A stretch of 64,000 nucleotides of DNA from Octopus vulgaris (lineage: Eukaryota). The notes under the pieces were generated by a model, which worked only from the letters and a program-made list of their open reading frames with translations, was not told where the DNA came from and did no database searches. This document shows positions 13,940 through 25,500 of this stretch, one piece after another. The position numbers and the translations under genes were made by a program. The DNA lies in NCBI GenBank assembly GCA_951406725.2, contig OX597837.1, positions 46,748,001 through 46,812,000 on the forward strand. The letters run 5' to 3'. Each line of letters opens with the position of its first letter. Within the stretch, counting starts at the first letter, position 1.

Positions 13940-14165
13940 TGTATGTGTGTGTGTTTGTGTGTGTGTGTGTTTGTCCCCCTAGCATTGCTTGACAACCGAT
14001 GCTGGTGTGTTTACGTCCCCGTCACTTAGCGGTTCGGCAAAAGAGACCGATAGAATAAGTACTGGGCTTACAAAGAATAAGTCCCGGGGTCGATTTGCTC
14101 GACTAAAGGTGGTGCTCCAGCATGGCCGCAGTCAAATGACTGAAACAAGTAAAAGAGTAAAGAGT
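13745..14165 (+). mobile_element. tRNA-derived SINE family B (CORE-like ccttgggcaagt, internal microsatellite)
   Basis: Near-identical to 33908-34290 apart from an internal deletion; other copies near 16850, 37880 and 46750. Confidence 0.88.
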
Positions 14166-14735
14166 ATTTGTATATATATAGTTGAAATTTATAGAAAAAC
14201 AAAAGATGAAGACAGGTGTATGAACAACAAGCAGGTGTAATAGTTTGATGTTCAGGAAAGTGAAAAAAGTCTTTTGCGTTTTGAGCTTACGCTCTTCAGC
14301 AGAAAGGAATAAGAGAAAATAAGAGAGAGAATGAAATAAACTTGTGGATTTAGCAGTCAAGCATGTATATATATATGAATATTGAACAATGAGAATGAGT
14401 GCCCAACATTGCATTGGTGGATAAAGATTCTTTATTTGTGTATTAAGGCTACCATTGGTTTCTTGTTAAAGAACACCTCAATAATTATTAAGCCTATCGC
14501 ATGGGATCAACATAATCTGAAATGGCGACAAACACCAATGTTCCATGTTTGATATTTGTTGAGGTATTCCTTGGCATGAAACCAATGGTAGCCTTAATAC
14601 AGACAGAAAGTGTATATATACATACATATACATACACACACACATATATGTGTGTATGTATGTATGTATGTATATATGCATTATGTATATGAGTGTATGT
14701 GTACATGTATATATATATATATATACATACACATA

Positions 14736-14780
<45 letters not shown>

Positions 14781-14838
14781 ATCATATGGATATAATATGG
14801 TACTTAACTTAAGTACCATATTCATCTGGATCTATCTA

Positions 14839-14879
<41 letters not shown>

Positions 14880-15432
14880 GTATGTATGTATAGTATATAT
14901 ATATATACATACATATATATATGTATGTATATGTATATATATATATTAGAAGAAATGAGGTAATCAGAAGATCGGATGGTTTATATTTACAGATATTTAT
15001 TTATATATGACATTTTTTACATATATATCATATCATTCAGATTATTAGCGCTTTCTCCCATTCTAGTGGGGTTTTCAAATCAAAATACATATACATATAC
15101 ATACATATATATATGTATGGCTTTAAAAAGGGCATCCAGCCGTAGAAACTGCCAGATCAGATTGGAGTCTGGTTCGCCAGCCCTCAGTCAAAATCGTCCA
15201 ACCCATGCTAGCATGGAAAGCGGACTTTAAACGATGATGATGATGGTGGTCGTTAACTTAATTTCAAGCATAATAATTATCTCATTGCTGACATATATCC
15301 GAAGCAGGTCTGATGGTTATTCTGTCGTGGACCCTCAGATAACAATCTAGTAATGATTTCCTTTTATAGTTTTTGTGACAAATGTTGCTCATAATTTTAC
15401 CAAGAAACTTGCTAGCAGCTCCTCTGCCCCTT

Positions 15433-15700
15433 GTGCATTCACCCAAAGTGGATTTCAACTCAGCAGTTGATGGACACACCTTTGGACATAATGGACAGCA
15501 GTGCTTTGTTGTGACTGTTTGAATTATATGAATGTAAGCGTCCCATTTAGTCTCCCGGTATGTGACCGCTCATGGATAACAAGACTGGCTTTTGAATGTG
15601 TAACCTGACCACAGACAGTGCAACTGAGACCACCTTTGAGATACTCTGGCAAACAGGGCTTCAACAGCCCTCAGTTTAAGGGCAATACATTTTGCTTCTT
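15433..15700 (-). pseudogene. Degenerate tandem C2H2 zinc-finger coding relic (probably a LINE ORF C-terminus)
   Basis: 15560-15622 translates CTVCGQVTHSKASLVIHERSH (C-x2-C-x12-H-x3-H); a second, frameshifted finger CPLCPKVCPSTAELKS follows. Confidence 0.6.
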
Positions 15701-16080
15701 GCTGGGTAATTTGATATATATACACAAACATATATATATATATATCTACACACACACATATATATGAAGAGATATAGATATATACATACATATATAGAAG
15801 CTGGTGAACTGGCAAAACCATTAGCTCACTGGGCAAAATGCTTAGTGGTATGTTGTCCATCTTTACATTCTGAGTTCAGATTCCACTGAAGTTGATTTTG
15901 CCTTTTGTCCTTTCGGGGTTGTTAAAGTAAGAACTAGTTGGACACTGGGGTTGATGTAATTAATGAATCTCCTCCCCTGAAATCGCTGGCCTTGTGCCAA
16001 AATTCGAAATCAATATATATACATATATAAATACATAAGCACACACACACATATATGTATATATGTGAATGTATACATAC

Positions 16081-16124
<44 letters not shown>

Positions 16125-16484
16125 CTTTATTTGTTTTAGTCATTAGACTGTGGTCATGCTGGGGCACTACTTTAAACTAAAGAATGCATCTATTTCCCAA
16201 ACATTCAACCATCTAAGTACTAACTAAATGTAACACTATGTAACTTCCAAGATCAAATGAGAAGCAATGTGTGTACACAAATGATTGTAACAATTTGTTT
16301 CTATACATGTGATATATATCTTTTGAATGTGTTTTAATGTTAATACCTGGTTCTTGGGTGACTACTGCAAGGCCTCTCTGTTGGAAGCATTCAGGATATA
16401 TCTCTGGTTTCAGAATAACTTGCTTCATTCCAGAGATGTACTTGCATAGCGAGTGACTTGATCTGAGATTGTGTGCTGGAACGA

Positions 16485-16749
16485 AAACAGTTGCAGCATG
16501 GAAAGTGTTTATAAGCCATTTAAGAAACACACAAAAACCGTTAGATTCACTTCAACATTTAAATTTAATTTGTCAAAATATTTTCGGCGCTTTGAGACTG
16601 TGACCTGATGAAATTTTGTCAGTGAACAGGTCACAGTCTGAAAGTGATGAAAATATTTTGGCAAATTAAATTTAAATGTTGAAGTGAATCTAACGGTTTT
16701 TGTGTGTTTCTTAAATGGCTTATAAACACCTTCCACGCTGGAACTGTTT
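16485..16749. repeat. Fold-back element with arms of about 120 bp
   Basis: Arms are reverse complements around a loop of about 20 nt; a single arm recurs at about 30130-30265. Confidence 0.9.
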
Positions 16750-17330
16750 CATTTCCTTGTAGCAGTTTCCAAGGCCCTAAAAATGCTTATGGTCAATATG
16801 CTACCACCTACAACTAAGCCATAACATATATCAAAATATTATTTGCAGATGTGACTGTGTGGTTAAAAACTTGCTTTGCAACCAAGTGGCTTCAGGTTCA
16901 GTTCTGAGCCAACTAATTCTTTGTGAGTGAATTTGGTAGATGAAAACTATGCAGAAGCCTATTGCTCATGTATGTATGTGTGTGAGTGTGTGTGTGTCTT
17001 TGTCCTCCAACCCACCCCACTGCTTGATAACTGGTTTTGGTTTCTTTATGCCCTCATAACTTAGTGGTTCAGCAAAAAGAGACTAATAGAATAATTATCA
17101 GATTTAAAAAAATAAAAATAAGTCCTGGAGTTGATTTGTTTGACTGAAACCCTTCAAGGTGATGCACCAGCATGGCCACAGTCTGATGACTGAAACAAGT
17201 ATAAAAAGATAAAAGGGTAAAGATATATGACAAGTACTTTCCCTTAACCAAATCATTGTACATTACTGTAATAAACCTAATCATTGATACTCTCTTTTTA
17301 ACCACAGGTCCTACCTCATTTTCAGTGTAT

Positions 17331-17560
17331 TTTAACGTTTTAGCATTCAAATTTCTCTCTCAAATGTAAGGCTTATTCATTCATATTGTTTTGAATTAAT
17401 CATGCATTATCTCATAGCTTCAAGATTTTGAAGATGTGATTGTTTATTTTTAGAATGACAGTGTAGGGTAGGTGTGAGAGGCTTGATCTGGTCATTTTCA
17501 ATATAAAACAAGGTAGAATATCTGGGCCAGATATGGCTAATTTAAATGCTAAAGGGTTAA
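17331..17560. mobile_element. piggyBac-type (TTAA) MITE
   Basis: Ends ...gctaaagggTTAA; same family at 55505, 59690 and about 61020. Confidence 0.75.
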
Positions 17561-18602
17561 TTAGTCTGTTGGTGCATCTTGCCACAGACAATACCCCCAT
17601 TCTAATTATTAAAACTACCTTGATTTAGCAAATGATGAATTTATTTTAATCATTGTAACTTCTCTTCTTTCTGGCAATACTTCATCTTAACCGTTAACGG
17701 TACCTAACTGTAGTCTTGAAGAAATCTTCATCTTATTTCACCTACAAAAGTGGTTCTTAGTCCTTGACATTACTTCAGCTTATCATTGTCAGTACCTCTA
17801 GCCAATATTTCAATATTAACGGTATTTCATTTTAACTATTGGTGTTCCTATTTACCTCACTTGCTCACAACTTGACCCTTATCATAATCTTAATCATGAG
17901 CTTGTACCTCAAATTGTGAACTCCTTATTGATAAAGATATTAATGGCTGTCCTATTCCTGGTGTCTTTTCTTTTAACTTTTATGTCTCAGGGACTGCGTC
18001 TTTTTCACATATTACCTCCTTCAAGTGTACTTCCAGTCATTTTTCTGTAGGAATGCAGCTTACATATATACACACACACACACACACGTTTTCATGTATG
18101 TATATGAATTCCTACACATAACATACGTGTGTGTATATCAATTCTTGCATACATCAATACATATATTACATACATAAATGCATACACACACATATATACA
18201 TTCTGTGTTATTCTAACTCTGAGAAACTGTAATAAATTTTTTTAAGATAAAAAGCAATATGATTGGCTGAAATTCAGTCCTGAAATCAATTCTTCAACCA
18301 TTTCCAAGAAAATTTGTAAAATAAAATTTAAAAAAGCAAAAAAAAATGTACTCTAAAATGCTTCTTTTTATATCATTTTTAATTTATTCAAAATTTTATT
18401 TATTTATTTATTTATTATGAATTTTTTTTTCTGTTAGATATTCTATATTGTACCCTTTTGCATTGTTCTTTGAAAATTGAAATCAAAGGTAAGAACAAAA
18501 ATGAGTTAAAAGATGTCATATCTATCAATCTCTGGCAACAAGATACTTAGTATGTCTTTATTCTCTGGGACTTTTATAAATCTAATGGACGTTTTGTTCA
18601 TC

Positions 18603-18639
<37 letters not shown>

Positions 18640-18789
18640 TTAATAATAATAATAATAAAATTAATAATAATAATAATGATGATGATGAATAATAAATAAA
18701 ACAATTCTTCAATGAAGAAAAAAAATTTTTACCTCAGTAAAATTTTCTTGTGTTTATTTTACATGTTTATTACTATTCTTTGTATTATT

Positions 18790-19105
18790 ACATATATATA
18801 TGTATATTTATATATATGTGTATATATATGTGTGTATATATGTATGTATATATATATATGTGTGTGTGTATATATATACATATATATACACACACACATA
18901 TATATATATACATACATATATATACATATATACACATATATATACACATATATATAAATATACATATATATATGTACATATATATATACACATATATACA
19001 TATATATACACACACATATATATATATATACACACATATATATATTCGGTATGTAAATATAGCCGATTAACGGTACATATATATATATATATACATATAT
19101 ATACA
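18790..19105. repeat. (AT)n/(AC)n compound microsatellite
   Basis: Seen directly in the sequence. Confidence 0.95.
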
Positions 19106-20409
19106 CATCAACAAATCCCAAAGCTGAACACTATCGGTGGTGGTCATCCATTTGGGGGAGCCATGCTTTTCACATGGGCAACTTTATGTGGCCTGCTCCC
19201 GTGTGGGGAGTAGAAACACTCTTTTATGTGTGCTCCACAGGGCAGAACATGCAATGTTGTCTATAGCGAAGTAGAAAGAAGAACAGGTCATCACTGCAGC
19301 CGATATGGTTATAAACAGGTGATATGGAAGCATTGGCCAGACATATTCTCAAATTATGGCAGCATGACTCATGGACTCTTCCTCTTCTTTATTGGACAAT
19401 GCTGACTTTTCCAACAACAATGTTCACTCGGCCGATATCAGTGCTTGGCCAAGTTGCTCATAGAGTTAGGCTAGAAGGGCCAAGCCCCTTGTTTTTTTGT
19501 TAAGGCTGTTGGTGAGTTTTCCTAAGTTACTCCAATCTGGATCCCCAATGCAAACCTTCGGATCAACCTTCTCCAATACAGATCTCTAATGCAACCTCAT
19601 CCAATCCAGATCTTTGAGTCAACCTTCTTCACTGCAGATCTCCAATGCAAATCTTCGATGCAACCTGATCTAAACTCATTTTAAAGGAGTAAAAAATCAA
19701 TATGGATTCAACAGGTATTACATAAAGTAATCTGTAAAGAAAGATAACAAAAAAAATAAGAATGTAAATGTTGATGCTTCTTTTACTCTAGGGGTTGAAG
19801 ATGAACCCTCAAAGTAATCGTTTCAAAAATGCAACAAGAATTTCTTTTCAATCTAATATATACACATACACTCAGACATGTATGTGTGTGTATATTCTGT
19901 GATTGTAGACTACCAAAAGCACAAATTCTGCTGGGCCAGGCATGATGCAAGGTTTACAGACCACTGATGCAATTGAACCCAAGCAGTGGCAGAGTGGTAC
20001 CTAAGATATCTGAAAAAGCCATTCAGAAGGCCTCAATGGTGGTGGGAAGACAATTTAGTTAAACAATTTGGGCCAAGATGGAAAAGAATAGCACAATCAA
20101 GGAAGGAACTGAAAGGGCATTGTGACCACTAGTCTGGTCGATACAATAATAATATACACACACACAAACACAAATATGATGTGGATAATTTCCTTCATTG
20201 TCTTAAATGCCATTTATACAGGCAAATGCAGCTCTTTCATTGTCCAGATAAATATAAACCAACTTTTAAAAATATATTTCTTATAAATATTACATTGGTA
20301 GCCAAGAAGATCTAGATTATATGACCAAAGTATACAGTCAGCTGTGATACATACTTCTACTTATATACACCAATGCCTAGGGATGCCTATCAATGTTACA
20401 CTTTCATAA

Positions 20410-20850
20410 AGGAAGCGAGCTGGCAGAACTGTAAGCATCCGGGCGAAATGTTTAGTGGCATTTTGTCTGTCTTTATGTTCTGAGTTCAAATTTCGCCGAG
20501 GTCGACTTTGCCTTTCATCCTTTCCGGGTCGATAAATTAAGTACCAGTTATGCACTGGAGTCGATGTAATCGACTTAATACCTATGTCTGTCCATGTTTG
20601 TCCCCTCTATGTTTAGCCCCTTGTGGGCAATAAAGAAATAAGAATTGTTAGCACACTGGACAAAATGCTTAGTAGCATTTTGTCCTGTCTTTACATTTCT
20701 GAGTTCAAATTCCGCTGAGGTTGACTTTACTTTTCATCTATATGGGGTTGATAAAATAAGTGCCAGTTGAATACTGGGGTTTAATGTAATTGACTTGCCC
20801 CCCCCCCTCCCGCAAATTACTGGCCTTGTGCCAAAATTTGAAACCAATGT
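20410..20850 (+). mobile_element. Two adjacent family-A SINEs (one young, one older)
   Basis: Core gactttgcctttcatcctttc...gataaattaagtaccag present twice, the second copy diverged. Confidence 0.85.
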
Positions 20851-21182
20851 TTTAATACCCAGCTATGCATATAAGTAAAAGCCAGGTGGGACGTTGTGGA
20901 ATGGTCGACATTCTGTAAAAGACACACATCCACACAACGACACTTTCTTTTTATCAATGTCAGAAAAATGTAGGGCTGAGTTGCCCTTTATGGGATTTTA
21001 CATTAGAAACAATCAACTCTCCCACAAAATGTCCATCTTTGTGATCCCCTAAGCTACAAATCAGTATCAAGGTGCTAATTATACCAGATAATTAACCAAT
21101 ATTGAAACTTGATGACTTCTGATCCTTTTATTTACTGCAGCCAGAACTGACACTCAAATTTCCTACCAAAATATATTGAAAA

Positions 21183-21518
21183 TTGTAGTTGTGATACCTG
21201 TGCCGGTGGCACGTAAAAAGCACCATCCGAACATGGCCAATGCCAGTGCCGCCTTGACTGGCTTCTGTGCCGGTGGCACGTAAAAAGCACCAACCGATCA
21301 TGGCCGATGCCAGCCTCCCCTGGCACCTGTGCTGGTGGCATGTAAAAAACACCCACTACACTCATGGAGTGGTTGGCATTAAGAAGGGCATCCAGCTGTA
21401 GAAACACTGCCAGATCAGACTGAAGCCTGGTGCAGCCTCCTGGCTTCCCAGACCCCAGTCAAACCGTCCAATCCATGCTAGCACGGAAAATGGACATTAA
21501 ACGATGATGATGATGATG
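21183..21518 (+). mobile_element. Family-C non-autonomous retroelement with internal tandem units and a (GAT)n tail
   Basis: gtgccggtggcacgtaaaaagcacc units, then aagggcatccagctgtagaaac...ccatgctagc...(gat)n; copies near 28200, 42346, 49852 (-) and 56270. Confidence 0.85.
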
Positions 21519-21865
21519 AATGTATTCCTTAATACAAGAAAAGCAGGAGGTGGTTACATTTGGAATGCTTTTTTTCATCGTAGGTCTGTTTGGTTAGGAC
21601 CAACCTTAGGCTAATCATCTCCACTAACAGCCACACACTAATAAATACAAACAATCAAAGCTGTATCTATGTGCAAACTTCCATTCTATTGGATCTTGCA
21701 AATAATAATTATATGCATGCATGTATGTATGTAGAAAATAAAATAAAAATGGAAATACAGAGAGCTTCTAACAATGCAGAAAGTTTCACAAAAAACCTTT
21801 CTATTTTGAGTGCAAAGGCTTATCTTCAGAAGGAAGCAGACCAAGAAATGTACATTGTTAGAAGC

Positions 21866-22096
21866 TTTCTTTATTTCCCACAAGGGGCTAAACACAGAGA
21901 GGACAAACAAGGACAGACAAACGGATTAAGTCGATTATATCGACCCCAATGCATAACTGGTACTTAATTTATCGACCCCGAAAGGATGAAAGGCAAAGTC
22001 GACCTCGGTGGGATTTGAACTCAGAACGTAATGGCAGACGAAATACGGCTACGCATTTAGCCCGGCGTGCTAACGATTCTGCCAGCTTGCCGCCTT
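21866..22096 (-). mobile_element. Full-length family-A SINE about 200 bp downstream of the FARS2 stop
   Basis: Complete from head (aaggcggcaagctggcagaa) to tail. Confidence 0.9.
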
Positions 22097-22298
22097 ACTA
22101 TTAATAATAAATAACCATGCTACTGAAATGTGCATAGTGATGTTTTGAGTTATCCATTCTTTTTTGTTTACTACACACACACAGACACAGACACACAAAC
22201 CCAGAAATAGTTTAATAATTTTTATCACAGCAATACAAAATGAAGCCCTAGTTTTGAGGGCAATGTCCACAAGCTGCTCCAAAACAGCAGTATGGAGG

Positions 22299-22583
22299 TT
22301 ATCGGACCTCTCCCCCCAGTCTTTGTGCCACAGCCTGTTCAATGTTTTGATGAACCAGATTGACTTCCTGCTGGGTTAAGGTCTTTAGCAGATGGCGGTA
22401 AACAATTCTATAGCAGTGACTGTGTCTTTTCTTCTTGCTGTGGTAAAACTCGTCAACACGAAATACTTGCTCCACCATGTTGCCTCCAATTTCACGTACG
22501 AGTTCATAGAAGTTGTTTTCTTCATAGTTGTCAGGAAGCCAGAAAGAGATGTCGTTGAGGCACTGCGGGAACTGACTCACAGG
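22299..22583 (-). CDS. FARS2: FARS2 coding exon 6 (last): [17 protein letters not shown]...LGGEVR*
   Basis: ttttcag acceptor, phase 0, TAA at 22299-22301; ferredoxin-fold anticodon-binding domain. Confidence 0.95.
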   Translation of the reverse strand, partial: PVSQFPQCLNDISFWLPDNYEENNFYELVREIGGNMVEQVFRVDEFYHSKKKRHSHCYRIVYRHLLKTLTQQEVNLVHQNIEQAVAQRLGGEVR

Positions 22584-25500
22584 CTGAAAAATAGGAATAA
22601 AGTTATGGTAGTAAAGCAATCAGACAGAACGCTTAGTGGCATTTCTTCCAGTTTTATTATGGTTAGGGTTCAAATCCAGCCAAAGTCGACCTTACCTTTT
22701 ATCCCTTCAGGATTGATAAAATGAAGAACCAGACAAGTACCGAGGTCAATGTAATCACCTTATCTGCTAGGTACAAGGTGAGAGGGAATAGGTGGGGCAG
22801 GAGTGCAAGGAGTATGTGGGAGGGGTAGGGGATGTCTATTACAGGGCAGCAGAATAAAGATGATACACTAAACAGGAGCAGGGGGGGAGATATTAGTCCT
22901 GCTATAATTGTAATACATGGATACATATATTGTCATAGATGATAAGAAAAAAGTAAAATAAATAACACAAAAATGTTTACCTTATATGTGATTGGCGTGT
23001 GTGGATCATCAACCTGGAATTGCGATAGGAATCCAGAATCTTTGCTCCAAAAGAGTCGGATGTCTGGAATTTGGTAGAGACACATGGCAAGACGTTCTAG
23101 CCCAAGACCAAATGCCCAGCCCACCTGAGAGCCAGCTCCAGCTGAAACAGATAAATATATATTCAACATGTAGGGGGTAACAGAAGGGATCGTATCAGAG
23201 GACATATTTGAGTTCTAGGATTTCTACATCAGTTTAATACTGATTTCCAGCTTAGGAGGTACGAGGCTAAATATTGCGTGGAAGGAGAAGAGATGCTCAA
23301 AGTTCAAAATCTTGCTGAAGTCATCTTCGTCTTTCATCCTTTTGGAGGTTGATAACATAAAATATCAGTCAAGCGCTAGATACAGATTCCAATAACATGA
23401 TGAAGGGGGGTGAGGAGGTTGAAAAAAAACAACAAAATATTTAATTTTAAAAAGGCTAAGAAAGAACAAGATTCGAATCAGAAATCTAGAGGAAGGCAAC
23501 TAAATATTGTTTTCAACTTTTGGGACAAGGACAGCAGTTTGGGGGGCAAGGGGCAAGTCGATTACATCGATCCCAGGGTTCAAATAATATTTATTTTATC
23601 AACCCTGAGAGAATGAAAGGCAAAGTCGACCTTGACGGAATTTGAACTCAGAGCGTAAGGACGGACAAAATGCCACTAAGCATTCTGTCCGATATAGTAA
23701 CGATTCTTCTAGCTCGCTGCCTCGAGGCAATTAAATATTGTAATGCATTTAATCTTACGGTTTTAATAATTTGTAACGGTTCAAACTAATTCTTGCTAAA
23801 AATTAAAATAATCAAAACTATTGTAAGAGTTGTCTCCCATACTCCGTCACAGACTCGGAATAACGATTAATGATTCTATTTTTTCTGACAGCCTAATTTT
23901 TTTGTTTGTTTGTTTGGTTGTGTGTATTCCCCATCTTAAAAATGTTAAAATCAACTTATATAAACATTAACCATGCTAACCAATGCCAGTTGTTGGTACC
24001 AGACATACTCGAGAAAGCCTCAAAATGTCACAGTGATTTTAACTAAGGTCTTTCTTCTCAGCCCTGAAGCAGCCCCGAGTGTCTCTTGCTTTGCTTCAGA
24101 TGTTATGGAGCAAAATATATATGAGAGACAGGTCTGTCTCTGAAAATTACACAATGTTACATAACATTCCCAGAGGATATCTACAATCTGTCCACAACAG
24201 CTTTGTGTCCTACATAGAAACATAATGAAATAGTTGTAGTGAATTTGAACTCCAAATCTAGGAGTTGCTAGAATGTAAACATGCCTTGTTTTCACGTTTA
24301 CAAACCTTCTGTAGAGTATTACATTGACCAGCACAATACTTATGTTATCGACCTTGAAATGGCAAAAAACAAAGTGGGCTTGTGTAGGATTTGAACACAG
24401 AATGCAAGGAGACGTAACCAAATTTACTGGTTTCTATCTGTGAAATTCAATTCCTAAGCTTTTGGCTAAGTTGAAACTAGAGTAGAAGATAGCGCCAAAG
24501 GTGCTGTGGAGCAGGGAAGAAACTGGACCCATAGAATTAGTGCAGACATCCTAACCATAGAACCCCCATCCGGACACATAACAAAATGGAAAACGAAAAT
24601 TAAGGAGCAAAAATTTAAAGCATTCAATTCTTTGGTTTTACCTGTGTGTAATATTTCTTGTTCAATGATTCCACATCCGAGTAATTCCATCCATTTGTCT
24701 TCGTATTTAATTTCAAGCTCCCAAGATGGATGTGTAAAAGGGAAGTAAGCAGGAACCCATCGGACTTCAATATCTAAACATAAAAGCAAATAAGAAAAAT
24801 TGAAAGAAAAACTGCAAAAGAATAATCTTTTAATCAATCAGGAATTCAAAATTTGATATTTTTTTCCCTTTCTTCCACACTAAAATAATTTATTTATTCT
24901 AAGAACTCAGAGGAGACAGAGCAGTCTCACTGCCCCAAGATTTTTTATCATAGCCTCTGAGATTGACAGGAAGAAGTTATCCTAAAACCAGAGACCTCAT
25001 TCAAACACTTCCAATAGAGTAGTTTCAAAATTTAGGTTGCAGGGGTCATCAAAAGCGAAAGCCTTGAAGTAGTGGACATTCTCTCCCGATAACCCCGGAA
25101 ACCTATTATTTTGGAGCAGTGAAGGATTAAATCTATCATCCAAAAACAGGATTCCGTCTAAGAATTTTCACTCATAAAGCTTCGGTCAGTCCAAACGCTA
25201 TGATCAAATACATTTCCACAAGACACCAATTTAGTTGAATAACTAATTGAGCTGGAGAACTGAACTGAACCCTTGCCTTCTGATTGATGTTTCAGCCCCA
25301 GCCAACAAAAAGAACAAAGTTTGAGAAATTTAATGGAGAAATTAGGATTGTCATGACAATAAAACATGCTCAGAAAACTGCTTTACTGAGAACAGCAAAG
25401 ATCTTCAGATTAGTACATGGGTGTTAAGTATTGTAGAAAGAGACCCTGTGAGACCTTTGAGAAAAGGTTCGTCATGCGCTCTTACAGAATCAGCCAGAAC

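Noticed and set aside
1-22000. Host protein-coding exons in the first third of the window
   Set aside because: No recognisable non-transposon protein motifs with matching splice sites; small exons cannot be excluded without RNA data.
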